32,000 nucleotides of DNA from Pseudoalteromonas translucida KMM 520 (GTDB taxonomy: Bacteria; Pseudomonadota; Gammaproteobacteria; Enterobacterales; Alteromonadaceae), in contig NZ_CP011034.1 in assembly GCF_001465295.1 (NCBI RefSeq), positions 2,550,001 through 2,582,000 of the forward strand, in the 5' to 3' direction. Both the position numbers and the translations under genes were made by a program. The notes under the pieces were generated by a model. That model saw only the letters and a list, made by a program, of their open reading frames with translations, did no database searches and had not been told where the DNA came from. This document shows, in pieces, positions 20,412-27,953 of this stretch. Positions within the stretch are counted from its first letter, which is position 1. Each line of letters opens with the position of its first letter.

Positions 20412-21560
20412 ATGACCATGCAAGCACAGCTCGGCGATAAAACCTTTACTCTTGAACGCTTTCCTTTGGATCAAAAAAACCGCAGCTTACAAGCTTGGGA
20501 TTCAGCCGACGAATATTTAATCGACTATGTTAGCGAACATTATCCTGATTGTCGCTCTTTGCTCATTTTAAATGATAGTTTTGGCGCACTCTCTTGTTAT
20601 TTTAGCTACAAGCAATTAACGGTTTGTTCAGTAAACGACTCTTATATTAGCCACCAAGCAGCGGCTTATAACTTAGCAGAGAATAAAATACCTGCTATTA
20701 CTTTTAGCCAGCTCGATAGTTTATCGGCTTTGCCTGAACAAGTTGATTTGGTACTTATAAAAGTGCCACGTACATTAGGCTTTTTACAGTATCAACTGTC
20801 TGAGCTTAGCGAAGTGCTTGCACCCGGAACGCCTGTTATTGCCGCGGCAAAAACAAAAGATGTGCATAATTCAACAATTAAAGCGTTTGAGCAGTTTATT
20901 GGCGAAACAAAAACGAGTTTAGCGGTTAAAAAGTCACGCTTAATTATAAGCCACGCACAAGGTGGATATAAAGCCGCTGATTTTCCGGTAAATTGGCCAC
21001 TTGAAGGCACTGACTTTACTATTAGTAACCATGCAAATGTGTTTTCGCGTGATTCATTAGATATTGGTGCACGGTTCTTTTTTAACTATTTGCCAGAAAC
21101 CAATAAAGCTAAAAGCATTATTGATTTAGGTTGTGGTAATGGCGTGGTGGGTTTAATGGCATTATCGCGCTGCCCAAATACAAATATTACTTTTGTTGAT
21201 GAGTCGTATATGGCCGTTGAATCGGCACGCTTGAATGTAGAGCTCAATATGGAAGCTAAATATGAGCAATGTTCATTTGTTGAAAATGACTGTTTATCGG
21301 GATTTGAGCGCGACAGTGTTGATATGGTGCTATGTAATCCGCCGTTTCATCAAGCTCAAGCGGTTACCGACCACATTGCATGGCAAATGTTTAAAGAAGC
21401 AAAAGATACTTTAAAAGAAGGTGGCGAATTGCGTATTATTGGTAACCGTCATTTAGATTACCACGACAAACTAAACCGTATGTTTGGTAACTGTAAGCTA
21501 TTAGGTTCTAACAAAAAGTTTGTTGTACTTAGTGCCACAAAAAATACCGGAATGTTATAA
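20412..21560 (+). CDS. rlmG: 23S rRNA (guanine1835-N2)-methyltransferase RlmG
   Basis: The 382-aa ORF is colinear with E. coli RlmG/YgjO (L.RFP; LQAW..ADEYL; ILND.FGALSC; NHANVFSR..LDIGARFF; DLGCGNGV.GL; FVDES.MAV.S.RLNVE.NM; CNPPFHQ; NRHLDY..KL...FGNC). The ATG at 20418 is an alternative start. Confidence 0.9.
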   Translation: MTMQAQLGDKTFTLERFPLDQKNRSLQAWDSADEYLIDYVSEHYPDCRSLLILNDSFGALSCYFSYKQLTVCSVNDSYISHQAAAYNLAENKIPAITFSQLDSLSALPEQVDLVLIKVPRTLGFLQYQLSELSEVLAPGTPVIAAAKTKDVHNSTIKAFEQFIGETKTSLAVKKSRLIISHAQGGYKAADFPVNWPLEGTDFTISNHANVFSRDSLDIGARFFFNYLPETNKAKSIIDLGCGNGVVGLMALSRCPNTNITFVDESYMAVESARLNVELNMEAKYEQCSFVENDCLSGFERDSVDMVLCNPPFHQAQAVTDHIAWQMFKEAKDTLKEGGELRIIGNRHLDYHDKLNRMFGNCKLLGSNKKFVVLSATKNTGML

Positions 21561-22121
21561 ATGCACATTATAAAATATCTTTTACCTTGGTTGGTGTTTT
21601 TGGCACTGCCTGCATGTAGTAATCAGCCAAATCAGATAATACTTAATCCTGTTTATAAAAATGGGCAAATAAGTTCAATCAACAGCAGCTTAAGTACCAG
21701 TGTAATTGATTTAAGAGGCGATACTGCCACCTTAAAACTTATAGAGTCTGACAAAACTAAAACTTTTGCCAGCCATGGTATTACAGCCTCAGTAAAAAGT
21801 GCGCTCGACAGCGCCCTTAGCCGTAATGGCGCCAGCATTTCTAACTTAGCGACTGTACGCTTTGAAGTAGATATTCATGCTTTGCAAGCAGTTGTTACCG
21901 AAAAGCTAATGAGCCACACCAGCACTGCTTCAATAGAGTTTGGTGTGCGGGTTATTCGCGCTACCAGTAACTTTAGCAAAGTATACCGAGGCAATGCTAA
22001 CTTAGCAGGGCCGCTGGGGCACGACAGAGCAAAAATAGAAGGTCAGCTTAATAAGTTGACTGAGCAAATTATTACCCGCATTGTATCTGACCCTGAATTA
22101 ATAGAATTTTTAGAAGGTTAA
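21561..22121 (+). CDS. yajG: YajG-like outer-membrane lipoprotein (Lipoprotein_16 family)
   Basis: The ORF has a signal peptide with lipobox LPAC and a size (186 aa) close to E. coli YajG. Together with the adjacent cyclophilin ORF it lies upstream of ampG, whereas E. coli has the contiguous yajG-ampG operon. The assignment rests on context plus weak similarity. Its ATG directly abuts the rlmG stop. Confidence 0.7.
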   Translation: MHIIKYLLPWLVFLALPACSNQPNQIILNPVYKNGQISSINSSLSTSVIDLRGDTATLKLIESDKTKTFASHGITASVKSALDSALSRNGASISNLATVRFEVDIHALQAVVTEKLMSHTSTASIEFGVRVIRATSNFSKVYRGNANLAGPLGHDRAKIEGQLNKLTEQIITRIVSDPELIEFLEG

Positions 22122-22123
22122 CA

Positions 22124-22744
22124 ATGAAACGACTTTTTTTAATCTGCTTAAGCCTATTTTTTAGTACCACTACGCTTGCTGCTCAAGAAGGCCGTTTTGT
22201 ACAAAAAGATAATATTTTTCCGCGTGTTGAAATAGTCACCTCACTGGGTAGCATAGTAATTGAGCTTGACCGCTCAAAAGCCCCCATTACTGCAAATAAC
22301 TTTTTAACCTACGTAATGGATAAAAGCTATCAAGGCAGTGTGTTTCATCGTATTGAGCGCGATGTAGAAAACGACCGCGACTTTGTTATTCAAGGTGGCG
22401 GCTACGATAAAAACTACGACGGGCTACACGAAAACGATCCTATTTTTAACGAAAGCGGTAACGGCTTAAAAAACGATATGTATAGCATAGCTATGGCGTA
22501 TCAAGACCGCCAACCTCATTCAGGAACGCGCCAATTCTTTTTTAATATGGACGATAACGACCATTTAAACCCTGGCAGAGAATGGGGTTTTGCGGTATTT
22601 GGCAATGTAATGGACGGCTACGACACGCTAGATAAAATTATGGCGGTAAAAACCGGATTTAACGAAAAAATTGGCTACGACTTTGTACCCAAAGAGCCTG
22701 TAGTTATTTTAAATATTAAATTACTTGAACAAGTCCCCCTGTAA
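22124..22744 (+). CDS. Periplasmic cyclophilin-type peptidyl-prolyl cis-trans isomerase (divergent PpiA-like)
   Basis: The ORF has a signal peptide (..TTLAAQE). Its cyclophilin core FHRI-ERDVENDRDF-VIQGGG carries a 6-aa insertion relative to E. coli PpiA (FHRVIPGFMIQGGG). Other matches are SIAMA, TRQFFFN and FAVFG.V..G.D.LDKI. Confidence 0.85.
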   Translation: MKRLFLICLSLFFSTTTLAAQEGRFVQKDNIFPRVEIVTSLGSIVIELDRSKAPITANNFLTYVMDKSYQGSVFHRIERDVENDRDFVIQGGGYDKNYDGLHENDPIFNESGNGLKNDMYSIAMAYQDRQPHSGTRQFFFNMDDNDHLNPGREWGFAVFGNVMDGYDTLDKIMAVKTGFNEKIGYDFVPKEPVVILNIKLLEQVPL

Positions 22745-22752
22745 CTTTTAAA

Positions 22753-22771
22753 AGAGCAGCCTAGCTGCTCT
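22753..22771 (+). other. Intercistronic stem-loop between the cyclophilin gene and ampG
   Basis: AGAGCAGC-cta-GCTGCTCT forms a perfect 8-bp stem with no U-tract. The ampG SD GAAGG follows. Confidence 0.5.
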
Positions 22772-22794
22772 GTGTTAAAGCCAATGAAGGCCCT

Positions 22795-24174
22795 ATGAGC
22801 AAAACACTCTCTATTCGCGAATATTTTTCTTATTTTAAAGACAAACGCCTTATCAATATTTTTATATTTGGTATGAGTAGTGGTTTTCCGTGGGTGCTCA
22901 TAGGCTCTGTTATGTCGGCATGGCTAAAAGACGAAGGCTTAAGCCGCAGTATGATTGGCTTATTTGGCATTGTATTTGGCGCTTACAGCATTAACTTTTT
23001 ATGGTCGCCGTTAATTGATCGTACCAAACTCCCCTTTTTATACAAATGGTTAGGCCAACGCCGAAGCTGGATACTGTTTTGCCAAAGCTTTATTTTACTT
23101 GGCACTCTACTATTAGCAGGGCTTGATTTAAAAGCCAATTTAGCACTCGTCGCCGTACTGTGTTTATTAATAGCCATAGCCTCTGCCACTCAAGATATTG
23201 CTATTGACGCATTTAGAATAGACGCCCTTGGCGAAAATGAATCTCACAAAGCGACTGCCGCCGCCGCCATGGCAACTTCGGGTTGGTGGTCTGGTTATGC
23301 GCTACTTGGGGCCATTCCGTTTTATATGGCCGATATACCCTCGATAGATTGGCCGCAAGTATATTACTTTTTATCCGCCATAATGCTGCTACTAATGAGC
23401 TGTGTATTTTGGGCAAAAGAGCCTGAATCAAACCGTGAAGCAGTCCATGCCGAGCTTGAGCGGGTATACCTTGAAAAACTTGCCGCCAGCAAGCAAACAC
23501 CATTAACTAAAACACTCGCTTGGCTTGCAGTTACTGTGGTTGATCCGTTTAAAACCTTTTTTGCTAAAAATGGCGTTAAAACCGCGTTGGCACTGCTTGC
23601 ATTTATTTTCTTATTTAAAATTGGCGAAGCATTTTTGGCTCGCATGTCGATTGTATTTTATAAAGAGGTTGGCTTTAGTAATACCCAAATAGCCAATTAC
23701 TCTAAGCTAGGCACCGGATTAATTACCATTGTATTTGCTTTTTTAGGCAGTATTTTTAATCATAAATACGGCATTGTTAAAGGCTTATTTATTAGTGGTG
23801 TAGCAATGGCTGCATCCAATTTAATGTTTTCTTGGATTGCACTTGCCGGCCCACAAGAGCATTTATACGCCATGGCTATTGTGGTTGATGGTTTTACTCA
23901 AGCATGGTCGTTGGTTGCTATGGTGGCATTTATATCTATGCTATGCGACAGAGCCTTTAGTGCAACACATTATGCGTTACTTGCGTCGTTGGGTAATTTG
24001 GGGCGTACTTTATTGTCGAGTTACAGTGGCGTAGTAATAGATGATTGGCTGGCGGGTAATTGGTCGCTATTTTTTATTCTTACTGCATTAATGGTGTTGC
24101 CATCGTTGATATTTTTATACTTAATTCGTCATAAACTGTATCAGCTAGAACGTAATTATCACCAAAACACTTAA
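22795..24174 (+). CDS. ampG: AmpG-family muropeptide (anhydro-MurNAc-peptide) MFS permease
   Basis: The 459-aa polytopic MFS protein has an AmpG-like N-terminus (FGMSSGFPWVLIGSVMSAWLKDEGLS...FLWSPLIDR). It lies two genes downstream of the yajG-like gene, with the cyclophilin ORF between them. Confidence 0.9.
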   Translation: MSKTLSIREYFSYFKDKRLINIFIFGMSSGFPWVLIGSVMSAWLKDEGLSRSMIGLFGIVFGAYSINFLWSPLIDRTKLPFLYKWLGQRRSWILFCQSFILLGTLLLAGLDLKANLALVAVLCLLIAIASATQDIAIDAFRIDALGENESHKATAAAAMATSGWWSGYALLGAIPFYMADIPSIDWPQVYYFLSAIMLLLMSCVFWAKEPESNREAVHAELERVYLEKLAASKQTPLTKTLAWLAVTVVDPFKTFFAKNGVKTALALLAFIFLFKIGEAFLARMSIVFYKEVGFSNTQIANYSKLGTGLITIVFAFLGSIFNHKYGIVKGLFISGVAMAASNLMFSWIALAGPQEHLYAMAIVVDGFTQAWSLVAMVAFISMLCDRAFSATHYALLASLGNLGRTLLSSYSGVVIDDWLAGNWSLFFILTALMVLPSLIFLYLIRHKLYQLERNYHQNT

Positions 24175-24195
24175 GTTCAATATTTAAGATTAATT

Positions 24196-24241
24196 AGTTA
24201 CTTGGCATACTTAAAGGTGCATTAAAATATGCCAAGTAACT
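24196..24241. repeat. 14-bp perfect inverted repeat / stem-loop between convergent ampG and the XRE gene
   Basis: AGTTACTTGGCATA (24196-24209) and TATGCCAAGTAACT (24228-24241) flank an 18-nt loop. Neither strand has a clean U-tract, so this is an atypical terminator or a protein-binding inverted repeat. Confidence 0.6.
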
Positions 24242-24249
24242 TGTGGCTA

Positions 24250-24489
24250 TTAATCAACTTTAAGTAAGTTTAATGCCTCATGCGGATCAACTTCAAGTGC
24301 ATTACAGTAGCGCACAAATTCAATTACATCTAAACGGCGCTCTTGGTTTTCAATTTTGCCGATAAACGAATGCGGTGTACCCAATAACTGCGCTAAACTG
24401 CGCATTGTATGCCCTTTGTCATGACGTTTACTTTTAAGCCATTTGGTCAGTTTTGCATTTTCTTCTGATGAAACTGTTTTACCCATCAT
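24250..24489 (-). CDS. Small XRE-family helix-turn-helix transcriptional regulator
   Basis: The Cro/C1-type HTH is TMRSLAQLLGTPHSFIGKIENQERRLDVIEF. The track ORF starts at ATG 24495, but AGGAG directly abuts that codon. The ATG at 24489 (6-nt spacing) or 24486 is the more likely start. Confidence 0.8.
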   Translation of the reverse strand: MMGKTVSSEENAKLTKWLKSKRHDKGHTMRSLAQLLGTPHSFIGKIENQERRLDVIEFVRYCNALEVDPHEALNLLKVD

Positions 24490-24521
24490 GTACATCTCCT
24501 ACTTAATGCTGTGTAAATACT

Positions 24522-24534
24522 AATTGATGCAATT
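24522..24534. promoter_or_regulatory. Candidate autoregulatory operator of the XRE gene (AATTGatgCAATT); a related copy ATTGATTGCAA lies at 24581-24591
   Basis: A 5+3+5 palindrome lies 33-45 nt upstream of the XRE start. A second, similar motif lies about 58 bp further upstream. The function is inferred only from position. Confidence 0.25.
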
Positions 24535-24883
24535 TATTAATAACGCTCAGTGAGTACATTGCACAACAGCCTAATTAGGCATTGATTGCAACTCAGCTTT
24601 ACTAATTACAAATTACTCATTGCGAGCTAAAAAACGCTATAAATAATATTTACTTATTGTGGTGGTGAATGAAATTTTGCCCGTCTCATTCTTATATATT
24701 GTATACTATTAACTCATTGGTAAAATGGCTAATTACATTCTGCGCAGGTTAAATAATGAATACATATTTACCAAGCCTGAATAGATAGCTTAAACTATTA
24801 ATAAATATTTGTAACACTTTTGTTCCATTTTAGTGGTACATGTTTATGCTTAATCAATAACGAGCACCCAAAAAGGCTAAATA

Positions 24884-25072
24884 ATGTTCAGGCTACTTTT
24901 TTTACTTCCTATTATACTGTGCTTAGGCTGGTGTTTTTTTCTTCGCCACCATGGTGTGCCTATTAAAAAAGGTAAAAGAGGCTTTGTATATATACTTGCG
25001 TTTTCCACTTTTGTACTTGGTTTTTTTATATTAATGATGCAAATAACCGAATTCACTCCTAGCGAATTTTAG
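24884..25072 (+). CDS. Hypothetical small membrane protein (62 aa, two TM helices, basic loop RHHGVPIKKGKRG)
   Basis: The ORF has an AGG-type SD 7 nt upstream and is followed directly by a good terminator. Two hydrophobic helices are evident. No family is recognised. Confidence 0.5.
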   Translation: MFRLLFLLPIILCLGWCFFLRHHGVPIKKGKRGFVYILAFSTFVLGFFILMMQITEFTPSEF

Positions 25073-25077
25073 GCATT

Positions 25078-25100
25078 AAAAAAGCCGCAAAAGCGGCTTT
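25078..25100. terminator. Bidirectional terminator between the small ORF and erpA
   Basis: AAAAAAGCCGC-AAAA-GCGGCTTT is followed by AATATTTTATTG. A-tracts and T-tracts flank a GC stem on both strands. Confidence 0.65.
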
Positions 25101-25121
25101 AATATTTTATTGTTTACCTAA

Positions 25122-25460
25122 TTAAATAGTAAAGCTTGAACCACAACCACAGGTTGTAGTTGCATGAGGATTAGTTACAAAAAAGCGTGCGCCTTCTAAT
25201 CCTTCAGTGTAGTCAACTTCACCGTCTACTAAATATTGTAAACTCATCGGGTCAACCACCAGCATCACACCATTTTTGACGATTTCTAAATCACCTGGAT
25301 TGGCCTTTTCATCAAAGGTAAAACCGTACTGAAAACCAGAACAACCACCACCCGTTACATATACGCGTAATTTAAGTTCTGGATTTTCTTCTTCATCGAT
25401 TAACTGTTTAACACGATCGGCTGCCGCGTCAGTGAACTTAATTGGTAATTCTTCAGACAT
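25122..25460 (-). CDS. erpA: Iron-sulfur cluster insertion protein ErpA (A-type carrier)
   Basis: The ORF is near-identical in blocks to E. coli ErpA ([34 protein letters not shown]; [36 protein letters not shown]). I trimmed the TTG at 25475 to the ATG at 25460, which has GAGGG 8 nt upstream. Confidence 0.95.
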   Translation of the reverse strand: MSEELPIKFTDAAADRVKQLIDEEENPELKLRVYVTGGGCSGFQYGFTFDEKANPGDLEIVKNGVMLVVDPMSLQYLVDGEVDYTEGLEGARFFVTNPHATTTCGCGSSFTI

Positions 25461-25490
25461 TTTAAAAACCCTCAATATCGTAATGATGTG

Positions 25491-25519
25491 ATTATCTAAT
25501 ACCCGAGTGTTTTAATCAA
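25491..25519 (-). promoter_or_regulatory. Candidate erpA promoter (TTGATT-N17-GATAAT)
   Basis: TTGATT is the reverse complement of 25514-25519 and GATAAT is the reverse complement of 25491-25496, with a 17-nt spacer. The -10 lies about 30 nt upstream of the erpA ATG. Confidence 0.45.
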
Positions 25520-25523
25520 GTAT
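25499..25523 (-). promoter_or_regulatory. IscR type-1-like binding site overlapping the erpA promoter
   Basis: The minus-strand 25-mer ATACTTGATTAAAACACTCGGGTAT matches the recalled type-1 consensus ATASYYGACTRWWWYAGTCRRSTAT at 23/25. E. coli erpA (yadR) is a known IscR type-1 target. Confidence 0.4.
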
Positions 25524-25702
25524 AGTAAAATAAAGGTTGCAGGCACTCGCTCCTGCTAAACCTAATATTGAGTCCAACGTCGCTTATTTGCGTATTTTAA
25601 CGTTAACTTTTCTATAAATGTAATTATTTTACAAAATCACAACGACTTAGCGAGTGGCTTTTGCTAAAATGACCGCTGAAAAATGCTGCGGGGAAATAAA
25701 GC

Positions 25703-27385
25703 ATGTGGCTTGAGCAACTCAGGCGTCGATTAGCCAAACCTAAAACATCCGTACAATTATGCTTATTAGGCGTAAGTGCCGGATTAATAGCTGCATTTTT
25801 TATTATTTTATTTCGCTTAACGATTCTTTTTTTCCAAAGTATATTTTTAGAAACTCCCGACGACTTTACCACCCTCCCCACTTTAGAACGCGTATTAATG
25901 CCCCTTATTGCGGCACTCTTAATTGCGCTTTTTGCGGCCTTTACTGGCTTTAAGCATTATCGTTTGGGTATTCCGTTTGTAATTCATCGTATTAAACGCC
26001 ATTACGGGCAAATGCCACTGTATAACACCCTAAACCAATTTGTTGGTGGTGCATTAGCTCTGATCAGCGGCTTTTCGGTGGGACGCGAAGGGCCTTCGGT
26101 GCATTTAGGTGCAACGGGGGCAAGTATCTTAGCAACTAAATTGCACTTACCTCATAATGCCATGCGTACCCTTAGTGGCTGTGGCATTGCAGCTGGTATT
26201 GCCGCCTCGTTTAACACGCCGTTAGCAGCGGTTATTTTTGTAATGGAAGTAGTACTTCGAGAATATAAAGTACATATATTTGTGCCAATAATGCTTGCAG
26301 CTGTTACAGGTGCACTGGCTACACAGTTTGTATTTGGCGAAGGCTCAGAGTTAGCACTTATAAGCATTGCACCGCTAAGTGGCTGGCATTACCCGTACTT
26401 AATATTGTGTGGCATGGCGCTGGGCGCAATAGCCTATAGTTTTAATCAAAACTTAATGTTAATTATTAAAACGTTTAAACCACTTAGTATGTTTCCTCGC
26501 TTACTTATTGCCGGCTGTATTGCCAGCTTAATCGCGTATACCGTCCCCCAAGCAATGGGGTCGGGTATGAGTGCAATTACTATTGCGGTTGAATCTCCTG
26601 AAGACATGCAATTATTAACCACTATTTTAATTGCTAAATTACTCGCCACATTATTCGCGATAGGTTTGGGTATTCCCGGTGGTTTAATTGGGCCGGTTAT
26701 AGGGCTGGGGGTTTTAATTGGTACTTTAATGGCCTTTTTTGCCCAGTTTATTAGCCCAGGTACAGATATAGCAGGCACTTATGGTGTACTTGGCATGGCG
26801 GGGTTATTAGCGGCAACACTGCATGCACCGCTTGCGGCTTTAACCACAGTGATGGAGCTCACTTCATCTCCAGAAATAATAGTGCCGGCCATGATAGTGA
26901 TTACCACCGCTTATGTTACCGCGCTGCAAGTGTTTGGTAATCGCTCGATATTTTTACAACAACTCGACTTTCAAGAGTTACCTTACCAGGTCTCACCCGC
27001 TACTGAGGCGCTGCAAAAAGTAGGGGTAATGGATGAAATGGATGAAGACTTTAAGTTACTTTACTCCGACGATAAACAACAAATAAAAAACACCCTTGAT
27101 GCGATGGACAGCCAAACCCCATTAATTGTATTTGATGAAGAAAACGGCTACCGACTGGCTGAATATGACTTGAGTTTAATGTCGGATCAAGCAACTAACC
27201 TTAGCTATATTAGTTTGGCCGGTATTAGCAGCCAAGCCACTTTAGCTGATGCGTTTGAGCTATTAAATGATAAGCGCAGTGGCGCATTGTATGTATATAA
27301 CTTATTAGATAATCAACAAATTATGGGGTTATTACGTTGGGATCAAATCCATCATATTTTAACCATTCGTAATAGCTTACTTTAA
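25703..27385 (+). CDS. ClC-family anion channel/transporter with a C-terminal CBS-like domain
   Basis: The 560-aa polytopic ORF has GREGP (gating Glu, nt 26081-26095) and GIPGGLIGP. The cytoplasmic tail of about 130 aa looks CBS-like. It is adjacent to erpA and near hemL, as clcA is in E. coli. Confidence 0.9.
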   Translation: MWLEQLRRRLAKPKTSVQLCLLGVSAGLIAAFFIILFRLTILFFQSIFLETPDDFTTLPTLERVLMPLIAALLIALFAAFTGFKHYRLGIPFVIHRIKRHYGQMPLYNTLNQFVGGALALISGFSVGREGPSVHLGATGASILATKLHLPHNAMRTLSGCGIAAGIAASFNTPLAAVIFVMEVVLREYKVHIFVPIMLAAVTGALATQFVFGEGSELALISIAPLSGWHYPYLILCGMALGAIAYSFNQNLMLIIKTFKPLSMFPRLLIAGCIASLIAYTVPQAMGSGMSAITIAVESPEDMQLLTTILIAKLLATLFAIGLGIPGGLIGPVIGLGVLIGTLMAFFAQFISPGTDIAGTYGVLGMAGLLAATLHAPLAALTTVMELTSSPEIIVPAMIVITTAYVTALQVFGNRSIFLQQLDFQELPYQVSPATEALQKVGVMDEMDEDFKLLYSDDKQQIKNTLDAMDSQTPLIVFDEENGYRLAEYDLSLMSDQATNLSYISLAGISSQATLADAFELLNDKRSGALYVYNLLDNQQIMGLLRWDQIHHILTIRNSLL

Positions 27386-27401
27386 TTAAAATGAGGGTAA
27401 T

Positions 27402-27836
27402 ATGAGCGCATTATTAATTTACAAAACCTTGCATATATTTTTTATGATTGCCTGGTTTGCCGGTATTTTTTACTTACCACGGCTATTTGTGTACCACGCT
27501 ATGAGCGAAGAAAGAGCATGCAACTCTATGCTTAAAGTAATGGAGCGTAGGCTGCTTTTTTTTGTCACTCCATTTGCCGTGTTAACCGCGGTATTTGGTG
27601 TACTCACCATAGTTGAATATGGCCGCGATTGGTTTAAGTACAGCATGTGGTTGCATTATAAACTGGTGCTAGTAATTATTTTATACCTATACCATGGATA
27701 CTGTTTTAAGCTTTTAGCCGATTTTAAACATGACCGTAACACTAAAAGTGACCGTTTTTATCGTATTTTTAATGAGTTACCCGTTATAGCACTATTAATA
27801 ATAGTGGCACTGGCGGTAATAAAACCCAGTTTATAA
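27402..27836 (+). CDS. hemJ: Protoporphyrinogen IX oxidase HemJ (UPF0093/CopD-like)
   Basis: The 144-aa ORF has 4 TM segments and the characteristic N-terminus KTLHIFFMIAWFAGIFYLPRLFVYH. GAGGG lies upstream of the ATG. Confidence 0.88.
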   Translation: MSALLIYKTLHIFFMIAWFAGIFYLPRLFVYHAMSEERACNSMLKVMERRLLFFVTPFAVLTAVFGVLTIVEYGRDWFKYSMWLHYKLVLVIILYLYHGYCFKLLADFKHDRNTKSDRFYRIFNELPVIALLIIVALAVIKPSL

Positions 27837-27893
27837 TAAAACGTTTCTAGGTAATTTACTCTGCCAACTAGCTAGGTAACTTTGCTATAATAT

Positions 27894-27934
27894 GCGCGAT
27901 TGCGTGCTCCTTTAAGGATTATCGCGCCTTTTTG
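27894..27934 (+). terminator. Hairpin plus T-tract between hemJ and pyrB (hemJ terminator and/or pyrB leader attenuator)
   Basis: GCGCGAT (27894-27900) pairs with ATCGCGC (27921-27927), with an inner TCC/GGA pairing, followed by CTTTTTG. A perfect TATAAT at 27886-27891 sits just upstream of the hairpin. Confidence 0.5.
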
Positions 27935-27953
27935 AATAAGTAGGAATAACCCC

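Noticed and set aside
24503-24559. An 18-aa upstream ORF (MYSLSVINKLHQLVFTQH) on the minus strand ends just before the XRE SD. I considered it as a possible leader peptide or toxin partner.
   Set aside because: It is too short and has no SD. It is not hydrophobic or basic like known type I/II toxins, so it is most likely fortuitous.
24669-24752. A 27-aa ORF (MKFCPSHSYILYTINSLVKWLITFCAG) lies in the XRE / small-peptide spacer.
   Set aside because: It has no convincing SD (GGTGGTGA abuts the ATG), and it is too short to evaluate without conservation or ribosome-profiling data. It is mentioned only as something to look at if the spacer proves to be transcribed.
24175-25121. Prophage remnant or mobile-element interpretation of the XRE cassette.
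   Set aside because: There is no integrase, transposase, att-like direct repeat, tRNA flank or other phage gene in the window. GC content looks similar to the surrounding genes by eye.
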